A DNA stretch of 63,745 nt, filler included, from Piptocephalis cylindrospora (taxonomy: Eukaryota): the NCBI GenBank assembly GCA_003614145.1. It is 28 parts of 28 records of this genome, joined end to end, with 100 filler letters (N's around TTAATTAATTAA, not from the genome) between each part and the next. Parts side by side here need not be neighbours in the genome. Positions count along the whole stretch, not along the records: positions 34,486 to 36,672 come from KZ989050.1; positions 36,773 to 38,957 come from KZ989051.1; positions 39,058 to 41,238 come from KZ989052.1; positions 41,339 to 43,519 come from KZ989053.1; positions 43,620 to 45,790 come from KZ989054.1; positions 45,891 to 48,053 come from KZ989056.1; positions 48,154 to 50,206 come from KZ989057.1; 21 more parts are not named here. One strand, 5' to 3'. Every line of letters begins with the position of its first letter. Position 1 is the stretch's first letter. A program made the translations under genes and the position numbers. This document shows positions 35,467-48,239 of this stretch, piece by piece. The notes below the pieces were generated by a model that had not been told where the DNA came from, searched no databases, and worked only from the letters and a program-made list of their open reading frames with translations.

Positions 35467-35862
35467 TCATAGGGAAAGAGTCGCCGCCAAAGTGTACCCA
35501 GCATACGGTTCCAGGTGAGCCAGATGGTCGAGGACCTTATCGAGGGCACAGATGGTCTCAGAGGCATCCGGACCATCCTGACACCTCCAGGACCTCCAGT
35601 GAGAAGGTCCCACTTTACCCACGACCTTAGGCTGGCTTCTAGGCCCGAGGCGGGTACAGAAATTCGAGGCTGAGCGCAAACTCAGTGCCGAAAATGCATC
35701 ATGAAGAATTGGATTCACCGATTCATCCAGTCCAGTGCACTTGAACGTTTCACGATGTCTCATATCAAAGAACGGAGACGCTGAAGATAAAGGCATCCAA
35801 CTCAGCGCCATGGAAGTCATGGAAATCACAGCCAGCGAGGAGGGGGCATTGAACCAGAGCAT
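35467..35862 (-). CDS. Small putative secreted protein (131 aa, 4 Cys)
   Basis: ATG at 35862 after a CT-rich leader, then a hydrophobic N-terminus ending SSA-SP. No recognisable domain. Confidence 0.55.
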   Translation of the reverse strand: MLWFNAPSSLAVISMTSMALSWMPLSSASPFFDMRHRETFKCTGLDESVNPILHDAFSALSLRSASNFCTRLGPRSQPKVVGKVGPSHWRSWRCQDGPDASETICALDKVLDHLAHLEPYAGYTLAATLSL

Positions 35863-35979
35863 CGTAAAAGAATAAAACGTGAGACGGAAATGGAAATGGA
35901 GGAGACGTGAAGAAGTGAAGAAGCAGAGGAAGAGAGGAGGAAGTGTTGGAGGAATGTGAGAATGAAAGTGAGAGAGGGG

Positions 35980-36033
35980 GAGGGAATGAGAAAGGGAATG
36001 AAGTGAGAAAGGGAATGAAGTGAGAAAGGGAAT
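35980..36033. repeat. Short tandem repeat (GAAAGGGAATGAAGTGA)n upstream of the small secreted ORF
   Basis: Two exact 17-nt units plus partial flanking units. Confidence 0.8.
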
Positions 36034-36772
36034 GTTCAATGATGATGGCTAGGTCGATGATGGAAGCAAATGGGATACGCATTCATGATGATGGGGAGGA
36101 TGATCGGGTCAAGGAAGGATGACAGGAGGAGCGAGAGATGCGATTGAGGACCCTCATGTTCTTTTTCCCTCCCTCTCCCCCCTTGTTTCCTTCCCTGCAT
36201 TCCACTAGAATACCCTGCACTCCCCCCTTTCAATTTTTTGCTTCCTTCACCCCCCCATCCCTTTCCTCTTTCATGTCAACTCTGAGACTGTGTCCAGAGA
36301 AATGAACTGTGCTTCTTCCTTTTTCCCTTTCCCCCCAACATTCCCTGTCTTTTTGTGTTTACTATTCTAGGGTTGAGCTTTGTGTGAAAGGCCAAGAGGT
36401 CCATGACAATGACAGCTTTTTACCCACTTCTGTAGGGGTGAAAAGTGCAATGGAAAGCAGGGATTTCCTTTTTCCCCCAAAGCACTTTTTTATCAGCACA
36501 TGGACTGAGTCTAAAGCTCGCAAGACCCCAGGCCATATCTAAGAATATTCTCCAATCAGTGCGATGAACTCAAATCAACACCAATTGGAGGCACTCCTGG
36601 CCTTCGCTCCGCTTCTAGTTTACACTCAGTCTTTCAATCCCATTTTAAAAGCGTGGCGGATTTTCAGACTCANNNNNNNNNNNNNNNNNNNNNNNNNNNN
36701 NNNNNNNNNNNNNNNNTTAATTAATTAANNNNNNNNNNNNNNNNNNNNNNNNNNNNNNNNNNNNNNNNNNNN

Positions 36773-36990
36773 GCCTCCTTCAACATTGGCATTTCCGTCG
36801 ATGGCGTCGAATGGAAGGAGTGCAAGCGTGTCCATCAGGATCAGCGGGATGGTGAGCGCACTGAGATCACCATTGACTTTAACTGTCTTGGCCTCGAGCC
36901 AGTCAGCTTCATCAAGCTTGAAGCCGCCCGTAACTTTACTGAGCCTTTTGAGATCTGCTCTCTTCACCTCAATGGTCTTGAAGTTTGATT
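36773..36990 (-). CDS. Coding fragment, possibly receptor L-domain (Ecm33/Sps2-like) repeats
   Basis: LKRLSKVTGGFKL...VKVNGDLS...IDGNANVEG shows L..V.G.F.L periodicity. No start codon; truncated by the contig edge. Confidence 0.3.
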
Positions 36991-37305
36991 GAGTGAGTGA
37001 GGGGGTGAGAATGTGAGTATGAATAGATTGAGTATGATTCGTTTTTCAAAGGCCAGAATTGAGGGTGATTTTGCTGATATTGCTTGAGCTGGCATGTTTA
37101 GGGTGGGCGGGATGAACGTTTCCAGGATCAAATGAACATGTGACATCTTTATTCCTTGTCTCTGAATATTTATTTGTTCGCTCTGGTAATTAAACGTGTG
37201 ACACTCTCCTTTTCAGCATAAAATGTCCTTGAATGGATCACTTTCCTTTCAGTTCATGTGAATCATTCGTATTCTCCTAACACAGGAGGCGGGGGCAAGA
37301 CCACA

Positions 37306-38957
37306 TCAATCATCCCATTCCCCGTACACGGTGATGAGATGGGGAAGATTGGGGGTCTGAAGGCCCATGGCTGATGAACCGGACGCCCGGCCTTTTCCGC
37401 CAAGTCCTGCCGTGGTATGTGAGACCCCTGAAGCAATGGATCCCTCCCTTCCATCCTCCTCCCCTCCTCCCTCCCCCCCTACCTCCTCTCCTTCTTCATC
37501 CATACCCTCAACCCCATCCAGTACCTGCACGACGGTCAGACACCAGCGGTTTAGGTTGTAGATTCCTGGACGGGAAAAGGAGGCCTTGGCCCGTAGCTCA
37601 TCCTCCTCCCCTGGACCAAGCTCACCCTGCAATTTAGTCCATCCGCTCCAATCAAACCGAAAGGCTGATGGGCATGTCCTAGGGATCGTGGGTCGGCTCT
37701 GTGTCATCCTGGCCGTATGTGGCATCGGCACGGAAGATTCCTCGGGCTCCGTGAGTTCAAGGGTGAAGCGGATAGTACTTGCTCCGGCATTTTTCACAGC
37801 CAAGGTCACGGGAAGGAAGGCTAGGCCCTCCATGGAAAAGTCATGGACGAGCTCAGAGGCTGACGTGAGAAGGACCTTTGCGGGATACTGTTCTAGGCTA
37901 GTCGGGTTGCTCGGGTCATCAAAGGCCTCTCCTCCTCCTGCACCCCCGCTGGCTCCACCGCTCATGACCCCAGTCCCCCTTTTCCCCTCGTCTGTAGGCT
38001 CCCTGGGAGGAAGGTTGTACAGGGTTAGAAGGGTACTCTTTCTCCTTGCGCCACCATTCCCTTTGACGGTCACGCCGGTGGAGACACCAGCAACAGCTGA
38101 TCCCCTCTTTCCTCCACCACCCTGACCATGATGCTGTCCTTGGCCCAGGCCGCTCCCCTCCCCTCCTTGACCAAGCGGAGCGGGAGTTACGCCAAGCAAT
38201 CTGGATCCAGAAGCCACATCCATAGTACCAAGATTCATACCGATGACATGGTGATTCCCCGATCGCTTTATCATAGGGACCCTCCACATCAAGGACAGAT
38301 CCACATCATTCGCCCCATACAGGGTAAATGCCTCGGGGAAGGTGTCAAACAGAGACCCATGCTGGGCTTGTAATTGACCCTTCCTCCATTGTTGGCGCAC
38401 AGCCCTATAGAATTCCCGGAAAGGCTCTTTTCGTGAGGAGATAATGTCCTTGGCAGGCTGCCAGAGAAGAAGGGAAGTGAGCGGAGAGATCACATTGACA
38501 AAAGGCATACATCTATACCTTATTATGTAAATGACTGGTGTAGAGGTTGAGGGGAGGGGGCCTCTCAAGATAGGATGCTGCACTCTTCCCCGTGTCCTCC
38601 CCAATGCAGAGCCTCCTTAGTCGGTGGACCGTGTACTCTTCTGGCCAATTCCCACTCCCGGCGCCCTCGGATCGAGAGCTAAGGCTACGGTTCATCCGGG
38701 CCATGGAGGTGGTAATACCCGTTTCAATCCTCTTGAGGTAAAAGTAGCTGAACATGGTTTGCCTCGGCTCTAGCTTTGTCTCGGGCAATTGCACTCTTCT
38801 CGATCTATAAATATGTGGAAGTAGGATGGGTTTAGTAATGCCCAGATGCGAAAAATAGCGCAAGAATGGGACTTCCTAGTCTATACAGCCAATAACTTAC
38901 CCATCCTCCTCCTCTTCATCATCATCATCGTCAAGATCATTTCCTAGAGCAGGGATG
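37306..38957 (-). CDS. TRS85: Probable TRAPP III subunit Trs85/TRAPPC8, C-terminal part (multi-exon, 5' truncated)
   Basis: FTLYGANDVDLSLMW, GNHHVIGMNLG, LVHDFS.....LPVTLAVKN and FDWSG......L.PGE...L...A.F.RPGIYNLNRW. Confidence 0.7.
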
Positions 38958-39439
38958 NNNNNNNNNNNNNNNNNNNNNNNNNNNNNNNNNNNNNNNNNNN
39001 NTTAATTAATTAANNNNNNNNNNNNNNNNNNNNNNNNNNNNNNNNNNNNNNNNNNNNAGCCATCATTCGTGGCCGTATCTATGATTCAGCCTACTGGCGG
39101 GGGCATTGTTTTTCTTTAAATTGTGAGTACATGGACCCCCTTTTACCCCCCACCCCACCCCACGCCACCCCGCGCGGGGTGTTCCTCTGGTTTGAAAAAA
39201 ATGTTTTTTTCTTTTCCCTTTGCCCTACTTCTCTCCTTACCCTTCTGTAACCAATCAACCCCGCCTCTCCAGAACCTTCATCCTCAAGGCTGATCAGCCC
39301 TGCTTACTGATCTTACTAGTGATCTACATCTTATCCTTTCCATTTCCTTGTTCTCAACCCAACCTCTCCAGAGTCTATACAATTGTACTCCCCCTAAATC
39401 TCGTTCCGTTGCTCAATCTTTCACCTAGCCCCTCTGGAC

Positions 39440-41183
39440 ATGAATTCCGCGAACGCGCGTCCCAACCGTGAAAGGGAACCACGTCGGGAGTTTGTGAGTT
39501 TCTCAGAGATGCCTGAAGGCGCCTCGGAACCCTCTTTTTCCTCCTCTGGTCCTTCAGGTTCAGCTTCGGGGATGTCAGATGGATTCGGTGGGAGTGGCCA
39601 AGGGACAGGGGCAAGTGGCTTCTTTCATCGTATCATTACTCACGTCAAGAAAGGTCTGAGCGGCGAGGGTTTGGATGAAGAAACGGAGCATGACCCTTAC
39701 CAGGAGATGGATACTGACGAGGGGGGAGAAAGGGGTGGCTCCCGAGGTCACCTCGACACTTCCTCCCCTTTCCGTCCTTCTAGTGCCCATCCCCTTTCCC
39801 CATACACAAAATCCAAGTGGAAGGGTAGGCCCCTGGCCCCTTCTCCCCTATCCTCCCCTGCCAACTACTCCAGAGCACTTGGAAGTGGAGATGAGGAGGA
39901 GGAGGAGGAGGAGGAGGAGGAGGATATTCACTCTCCTCTCCCGCATCAATCCCATCTTGCAGGCCCTATTTCTCATCGAGAACCTCTGCTTTCAGGATCA
40001 GATAGTGCAACCGAAGCTGGTCTGACCTCTTTTATTCACGATATCCCCTCAGTTCCTTCTCCTCCAAGGTCACCCACTCGATCCCTCTTCTCCATATCCC
40101 ATGATCATCTCCCAAGCACTCCTTCCTGGAATGTCCTAAACAATACCATCTCTCCCACCCTGCACAATATTTCTGCTCGGTTTGCCGATCTCCCGGGGAT
40201 ACGCCTGCGTCGTTCCTCCAATCTCGGCCTCCCCACCATATCATCGGGCTCTTCCTCCGCCTCCTCAAGTACCGTGTCTCCCAGTGAAACTCCGAGTGTG
40301 GATACTGCGGATGAGACGCGCCCTCGCACCGGGGCAGTATCAATGCACCGGTCTGGATCCATGAATACTGCCCTCAAGAACCGTTTAGATCGTAAGGGTG
40401 GTATTAGTAGGGAGTACTGGATGCAGGATGAGAACGCTCGAGAGTGTTTTAAATGCAAGAGACTGTTTAACCCTCTACGTCGTAGGCACCATTGCAGAAT
40501 TTGCGGTAAGTAGGGTCCGAGAAAGGGGGGGAAGGGTGAGTCATGCTATTATTTTTCGTGCTCACCTAAATTCGACTGGGAATCGGGGCTGATTAGGTCA
40601 AATCTTCTGCAGTAGCTGCGCGTATGTTCATATTCCTGGGGAGCGATATGGGCATGACCGGCCACTTCGAGTGTGTGATTATTGCCATGAACTCGTTCTT
40701 CAGCGAAAACCTCGGGAGGATGCTCACAATGCCTCAGATGCCAATGGCCGAAGTAGACGTGGCAGTAATGGAAGGCAAAATGATTATATTGTTGGGTCCT
40801 TGCCAACTGATGTTTATTACCAGGAAACAGATGGGGAAGTGGAGGAAGACCAGATGGATGAGATTGGTAAAGAAGGTCAATCTGAAAATTATTCTAGGGG
40901 ATATTTAGTTCCTCAGAGAAAGGCAAGAGTCCCATCGGGACCTCAGGTAAGATTGTAATGCTATTTAAGCAAGAATTTTTCTTTTTTCTCCCTTTCCCTC
41001 CGTGTCTTTTTCCTGGTTACATGTTAAATTCACTGACGTACTCACCCCCATATTATCTCCATTATTTCATAGGTGTCCTTTCAGGATGAATCAGAATATT
41101 CCGTTAGACGTGCGGAGACAGATCCCACTCTTCTTCTTTCTGAATACGGTCGTCCTAGACCAAATGATGCGGCTGATGAGGAG
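39440..41183 (+). CDS. FAB1: PI3P 5-kinase Fab1/PIKfyve, N-terminal FYVE region (partial, multi-exon)
   Basis: GISREYWMQDENARECFKC...FNPLRRRHHCRICG|QIFCSSC...LRVCDYC across an intron at about 40506-40597. The S(R/K)EYWM.DE signature is typical of Fab1. Confidence 0.85.
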
Positions 41184-41238
41184 GAAAGGTCTGAGCGGCG
41201 AGGGTTTGGATGAAGAAACGGAGCATGACCCTTACCAG
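41184..41238 (+). repeat. 55-nt direct copy of 39649-39703 at the contig end
   Basis: gaaaggtctgagcggcgagggtttggatgaagaaacggagcatgacccttaccag occurs at both positions. Confidence 0.95.
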
Positions 41239-41339
41239 NNNNNNNNNNNNNNNNNNNNNNNNNNNNNNNNNNNNNNNNNNNNTTAATTAATTAANNNNNN
41301 NNNNNNNNNNNNNNNNNNNNNNNNNNNNNNNNNNNNNNG

Positions 41340-41729
41340 GCTGCTTGGATCAAGCCCTTTGTCTACGTTTCCTCCGTCGGCGCCAACCCCTCCGCCTACT
41401 TCCTCTACCCCCGTACCAAGGGCAAGACCGAGGAGAGCCTTAAAGCCATGGGCTTCCCTCACCTCCCCCTCCTCCGTCCCGGGTTTCTCAAAACCGTCGA
41501 GCCACGAGAGAAGCCCCGTACCATGGAGGGCTTAATGGGCTATGTCGTCCCTGCCCTCGATATGGTCGCGGGTGAGGCCCGTGTCTCCGCCCCAGTAACC
41601 GATGTGGCCAAGGCCATGATCCGAGCTGCTGAGTCTGCTCAGGCCAGTGCCCAGGGCGAAGGGGAAAAGGAGGTCAGGCTACTTGTGAATAAGGACATTC
41701 TCGAGCTTGCCAGGGCTGAGAAGTCATGA
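41340..41729 (+). CDS. HTATIP2/TIP30/Fmp52-like NAD(P)-binding protein, C-terminal part
   Basis: FVYVSSVGANPSAYFLYPRTKGKTEESLKAMGF..L..LRPGFL....R...R..E and V.DVAKAMI...N.DI. Confidence 0.88.
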   Translation, partial: AAWIKPFVYVSSVGANPSAYFLYPRTKGKTEESLKAMGFPHLPLLRPGFLKTVEPREKPRTMEGLMGYVVPALDMVAGEARVSAPVTDVAKAMIRAAESAQASAQGEGEKEVRLLVNKDILELARAEKS

Positions 41730-41892
41730 ACGGGGAAGTATCATGTGTATGTGAATGGAAGGAGTATGGTTGTTTCTTGCATTGAGAGTACTTTTCCCCC
41801 CACAAATAGCCTTCTTTCTCTCCTCTTCATTCCATCCTATCACACATGGAGGGTGTGCTTGTAACGGGGATGTGGGGAAATTACTGCTCCTC

Positions 41893-43232
41893 TTACCAGA
41901 CATGTAGAATATGATCATAAAAGGAACACGAGGCAATCACATCCCCATTCTCCCCGCCTAGGCTCTTCGATGGTACACCAAGACACCAGTCAATACCATA
42001 GGCCATAGATTCATGCTCCTCAAAAGTCCGGATAACCTCTAGGGAGGAGGGGGTTGCTTGCTCTAACAGGTTGGGTAGGAGATACACGAGGGTCAATGAC
42101 CTCTTTCCCATACACTGTACACACATAAACTTACCATCAAGTGAAAGCACACGACATCCACCATACATGCACGCAGCAAGAAGTAGGTTGGATTGATGGG
42201 GGTGCCATTTTAGTCTCCATACACCCCCCTCCACCGAGACCTCCTGGATGGGCCGACGCATCGATCGTTTATCCCATAGCCGGACATACTCATCGTAACT
42301 TCCTGTCACCAGAATATGAGGGTTGGTGGGGTGGGTTTGGATACTGCATACGCCAGCATCGTGTGATCGGTTGGTAAAAGAGGCAGGTTGCTCAATCCCA
42401 TCCGACCCTGTCTCTGCACAGTTTCCTAGCATTCTTCGATCCCATCCACGGAAACACGCATCATCCCCACCTAGGGGATTGGAGAAGGGTGAATTGAGAC
42501 GGCCCCTTGTTTTTCTCTCCCTCCCTCCCTCCCTCTCTCACCAGAATAGATGATATGTTCATTCCAGCCATCATATGCGGTTATCCATGCCTCAAAGTCA
42601 TGGGCCTTCCAAGCCATCTGCCGACTTAGCGTCCCATCCTCCCGGAAGTTCCATTCCGTTAAGCACCCATCACTCTGACTCGTGCTGATCCGTGGGGCAT
42701 TCTTGTCCAAGCCAGTATATCGGGTGGAAGTGTCCAAGGACAGGATCAGCGGCGGGGTTTCATCCTTTGGGAGGTCCGGACACGGGTATGTACCCGTTGA
42801 CCTCAGCTTACCCGGTTCATCCATCCGATAAAGGCTGATCGTTCCATCCGCCGCTGCCTGCACCAACAGGTTTTCCGTTCCATGTTGGATCCACTTGAGA
42901 TCCAGGATTGCCGGGGTATCCACATGATCCAGAAGGGACATGTCCATCTCCCCCGCCTCTCCATCCCTTTTCACCTCATAAAGGTAAAGACGACCCACAC
43001 GCTTCTTGGCTTCATCCTTCTCCTCATCCCCAGCCGTCTCAGTAGAAGAGGTCATCATTCCTGACGACGGAAAGACCCGTTCCCCCGTCTTAGGGTCCAG
43101 TAGCTGGTAGGTGCCACAAGCAAGTATCGCGTTGTTTGCCTTCATCCATCCCTGCCGACTAGCCAACTCCACACTGCACGCGCTATAATCCGTATCAATC
43201 CTACCTAGCGATTTTGACTTGGGAATAGACAT
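41893..43232 (-). CDS. DPH7: Diphthine methylesterase DPH7/WDR85 (WD40, multi-exon)
   Basis: LACGTYQL, R.GRLYLY, AILDLKW, AHDFEAWI, YSG|GDD, HDAGV.SI, TGSYDE, GGVWRLKWHP, HESMAYG.DW and SCSFYDH. Confidence 0.93.
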
Positions 43233-44187
43233 GGCAGGCACCAAATGAAGCGGGGGGGGGGGGGGGAGAGAAGGGGTAATTGTTTTTTTTTAATAGGTGC
43301 CCATTTTGGTCCCACAGGTAAAGGGCGCAAAACGCGAGCTCCTCAACTCCCCCCCTCTCACCTCCCCCCCCCTCACCCTCTCCATCCCATGAAAAGACCT
43401 CATCGCCACGCAAAGGGCCTTCCTTTGTTGGCTTGCTCAACTGACTCCCCCATAACTCCGCCCCCGGCGCCGAGGAAAAGACGCCTTCTTCCTGCTCGCA
43501 GAGTTCCTTTTCCTTTTTCNNNNNNNNNNNNNNNNNNNNNNNNNNNNNNNNNNNNNNNNNNNNTTAATTAATTAANNNNNNNNNNNNNNNNNNNNNNNNN
43601 NNNNNNNNNNNNNNNNNNNCTAGGGTGGCCTCAACCCAAAACGGCTCCCCCCAACGGGCGGGGCCCCATGCCGGCATTTAACCCGGGCGGTAGCCATGAT
43701 GGCTCCCTTGACCCCCTCCAAAACTAAAACTCCCCCTCCCCTCCCACACTTGACAAGGCGTGCATTCCCAAGCCGCTTGTAACAAATCGAGAAAACAGGT
43801 GGGGGCGGTGGAAGGGCTTAGGGCCCTACAGCTCCAGCTGAGCGGGGAAGGGCAGTGATATGAAAGACCTGGCCATCATTATTATTATTAGGAAGAGAGG
43901 GGGCTTTCACGCTTATCAGGATGGTGCCTTTATGAACATCTCATTATAGATCATGTGACTGTACGTTCCCCCAGGAGGATTGATGCAGGGATGAGTTACA
44001 AAGTCAAATTTCCCTCCTACCTGGCTATGATACTCCACCATATGATTATACAGCGAGGTGACGCCTTCCAAGTCGTACAGAAGCATTCATCCAATTTCCA
44101 TTTACCCTCCATCTCCATTTCCTTCTCACTAAAAAAACCGATTATCCACGAGCGCGCATAAAGAAAAGGGCCTTGTACGACATCTCC

Positions 44188-45520
44188 CTAGCAAAACTGC
44201 CCGTCCGTGCAAGAGAAAGGAAAGAATGAGCTTAAGGACCTCTACGACTCACTCATCCATCCATAAAAATCGACTTACCTTCCATCGATGGTCACAAACC
44301 ACACAAGTGACAAAGGTGGTCATGGGCTCATCAGCACTTCGGGTCTGCATCTGATAGTAGGTGCACTTGCGCTGCTTGCACTTGCCACATTGGAACATAT
44401 CCGTCTCGGCCGTCTTAGGGGCAGCACCCTGGGCTTTGAAAAGATTCTCATCGTAGACCTCCTTATCCTTTCGCTTTTGCTCTTCAGATTTCATCTCTGC
44501 ATCTGACATTGAACAAAACCGTTCGACTTCTAGGTCTCCATCTACTATACGATGCCTCAAGGATGGATTGGCCGACCCTTTGAGCTTGATGGAGAAACTC
44601 CTCATCTTTGCCCGATATTTTTCTCCGCTGACCCTCAGATGAGCTACCCACACAGCCTGTTCAATCCGGATTGCCCTATCCAAGATGACGCTTCCATCTG
44701 GGGGAAGGGAGGGGTATGAGTGGGTCAGGAAGGGCAGCCCCGGATGATAATTTGCCAAGCACGTCCAACTCACCTGCAGTAGCATCGACAGCAAGTGCTT
44801 TGTACAGTAAATCCACACACTTGTCCCGAATCCTATCCCCGAGACCCGGGAACTTGACTTTATCCGCCTCAATGGATCGTACGCCCATAGGGCTTGAAGA
44901 AGACGTGGAGGAGGCGGAAGAGCCTGAACGGACCATGGGAGCAGGAGCATCTGGAGCCCCATTGACCCCGGGTGTGCTCCTGGCCGACGGGCTCTTGGGC
45001 GTACTACCCAAAGAGGAAGATGTGGAGGAGGGTGATTGTCTGGATACAGGGGTTGGAGTTTTGGCTGTGGGTGTGGGCCCCTTTTTTCCAGCTAGGATCT
45101 GATCTTTCCATCGCTTCACCAGCTCCCCAGATCGACTGGCCACCTTGGCATCCTTGTTGGTCCTTAATCTCCCAACAATCTTTCCAATTCCTGTGACCTA
45201 AAGGGGCGGAAGGGGAAAGGGGGATGATCAGTCCTACGCAGTTGTCACCCCATACACACACACACACGCGAGTGCGTCTCAACCCACCCGGAGGATCTCC
45301 TCGGTGGCCGGAGTAATAAGCTCATCTAATTGAGAGAGCAATGCGAGCATATTCTACACGGACAATGCACGTCAAGGATGGATGAGTGGGTCGCGATCGT
45401 ACCACCTGGGATCACTCAGTCCAATAACACGCTCATTCCTACCTGGCTATTGGCCGCGTTGGCCTGAGCAGACAGCTGCTTTCCAAGGGTGGTGATGTCC
45501 TTGTGTAGATTGGCCGACAT
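44188..45520 (-). CDS. DST1: Transcription elongation factor TFIIS (multi-exon)
   Basis: Domain I T.IGK.V..LR...LVKRWK, domain II R.KC..LL..AL and YRAKMRS...NP.LR, and zinc ribbon FQCGKCKQRKCTYYQMQTRSADEPMTTFVTCVVCDHRWK|FC*. Confidence 0.96.
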
Positions 45521-45907
45521 GACGACGAAGAAGGAAGAGGAAAGGTATAAAGATAAGATAAAGGATGATGGAAGGGGCGTTGGTGGCGGCTGACCCTAGT
45601 ATTATTTTTCTCCTCAAACCACCAACAATAGCGCGCCCTGAACCCCTTACTTTCTTCCTAGAGAGAGGTATGATGTCTCCACACCTGTCCGCCCCAGCCC
45701 TCTCTCACTTTTTTTCTAAATCACCCACTGCGCGCCCCCACACCTCGTCGCCCGCTTGACCGAGAGGAGAGAGAGAACGGCCCAGAACTANNNNNNNNNN
45801 NNNNNNNNNNNNNNNNNNNNNNNNNNNNNNNNNNTTAATTAATTAANNNNNNNNNNNNNNNNNNNNNNNNNNNNNNNNNNNNNNNNNNNNAGAACAGTCA
45901 AGACTAG

Positions 45908-48053
45908 TGGGAGGAGAGAGCAGAAGGCACTTTTTGTTCCAATTGTGGTACCACCGTTACCCCCCTTTGGCGTCGTACTCCCGAGGGAAAGACCGTGTGC
46001 AATGCCTGTGGTCTTTACTACAAGCTCCGTCGGACTGACCGACCTGTCGAGCCCCATCCCACTCTTTCTCAGTAAGTTGCCCTCTTCCACCTGCCATGCA
46101 GGACATCATCATGAACCCCGCTGACACGACCCACCCTCCCCATTGGTACAGACCCCAACCAGGACTCAGTCCTCAAATGGTCCCTGACCAAAGGCCCTTA
46201 ACTTCCACTTCCCCGGCCCATCATCCCTCTACTCACTCCAATCACTCTTCGAGTTCCCTCCCAACCATCCTTCCCACCCCGCATCACCAAGAAATCAGAA
46301 GAGGTTCCCTCATGGCGCCCATCATCCTTCCCATCCCCTTGTCCACCCTCCTCCATGCACCATCCTCCCCATCCGACAGTAGAGGGGGGGACGTGTCCAG
46401 GTGATGGTCAGTGCGATGGGACGGGCGGGGCCTCATCCTGTTCCGGGTGCCCGGCCCTCAATCAGCAAAAGCATGCCGTTTCCTGCGGTAATTGTGGCAC
46501 CACCACCACCCCTCTCTGGAGGAGGGATGCCCGGGGTAGGACCATCTGTAATGCGTGTGGTCTTTACTTTAAGCTCCATGGCGTGGATCGGCCCGTGACC
46601 ATGCGAAGGGCCGTCATCAAGCGAAGAAAGAGGATTAGTATGGCCTCCAAGAAAAAGGAACCCCCTGTCCCCACCCTCGCTGGTCCATGTGATCGAAAGT
46701 GCTCCCCTCCCCCGAGTCCCTACGTTTCCTCCACCTCCCCAATCCAACCTCCCGCCATCATGCCCTCTCTTGGGAAGATCAAGGATGAGGAGGGAGCCAT
46801 GCCAAGGGCGGAGCAAGGAAATGATCATGGTATCATTGACCATGAACTTGGCAAAAGTAAGAAACGTTCCAAGACCCTGGAGGACTCTGAGGGGAAGGCC
46901 AAGTCCCGGGTCAAGAAGAGGGTGATTCACCCAAAGAACCCCATGACCCATAAGGCATCCATCTCAAATGGGGGTTCCAACCAGGGAAGACCTGTCCCTG
47001 CCATTGAGGATGACCCCATGTTTGGGAGAAGGGCCTCCTCCTCCTCCTCCTCCTCCTCCCTCCCCCCCCCCCCGCCTCCCCCCCCCCCCCCCGCTGCACC
47101 CCCCGCCAGCCCCGCGCCTGACGGGCCTGCGTGATCCTCTCGACAGGATCTCTCCGCCCCCACACCTTCCTTCAACAATTACCCCAGCCCCACATCCAGA
47201 TCTGCCCATCATGCCTCCTTGGATACCTTGGCCTCGGTCGCCCTATCCATGAGGTCCTCTTCCTCTTCCTCCTCCTCCTCCTCCTCCTCCTCCTCCTCTG
47301 GTCACGCCCCAGTGCCTCTCCTCCCCCCCATACACGATTCCACGGACCCGGATACCCTTCCGAGGGCCGGTTCCTTGGCTAGTATCCTCAATGAAAATAC
47401 GGATCAAGGTGCCTCTGGATCCAAGGTCCGCGACTCCTTTTGGATTAGGGGTCCAGAGGATAAGGATCAACGCCCTACCCTACGTCCCCATTTACCCCTT
47501 CCCCATGGTTATCGTGTATCATCTGCGACCACTCCAAATGGAAAAGACCTTCGTGTTCCACCCGGCCTCCTTGCCGTTGACAGGTCCAGCTCCTCCCTTA
47601 ATCTGGTTCGATCTACCTCTCCCCCCCCTTCCCTCCCTCCAGGACCTTTCCCACCCCAAGGCATCACATGATCTGGTCGATTCTGGTCTAGGGGGAGGAG
47701 ATATCCTTGCCAAGAGGGGGAAACTCCAGGAGGAAATTGATTTGTTGATGGACCAAGTCAGGGAAAGGCAACGGGAGCTCGAGACGCTTGCTTTGAACGA
47801 TGATATGCCCCCTCATCCCATCGATCCACCCAGCGGGCTTGATCTCTCTTCAAGGCGCTTGGGTCCAGCTGGTCGTAGGACCCTCACCGACATCTCCATC
47901 CCTTCCTCCTCTTCCTCCTCTGGGGCCGCACACCCAGCATGGAAGTTGGCTCATCCCTCCCCCGCTTCCCGATCCTCCTACCCGGCCTCCCTTTCCCTTC
48001 AGCCTCATCCAAGGCCCACTTCTCCCTCCCTTCCCTCAGCCTCCGCCCTCCTT
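45908..48053 (+). CDS. sreA: Iron-responsive GATA repressor SreA/Fep1/Urbs1 type (partial; introns predicted at 46072-46151 and 46304-46379; frame breaks in C-rich tracts)
   Basis: Finger 1 [30 protein letters not shown], Cys-rich linker [25 protein letters not shown], finger 2 [33 protein letters not shown], and a C-terminal coiled coil [16 protein letters not shown]. Confidence 0.92.
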
Positions 48054-48239
48054 NNNNNNNNNNNNNNNNNNNNNNNNNNNNNNNNNNNNNNNNNNNNTTA
48101 ATTAATTAANNNNNNNNNNNNNNNNNNNNNNNNNNNNNNNNNNNNNNNNNNNNAGAGAAAAGGGCAAATTATATTGCATCAAGAGCGCCGCTGGGCCAAT
48201 GAGAGGGAGAGCGCGATTTAAGGGGATGCCTGATCCACC

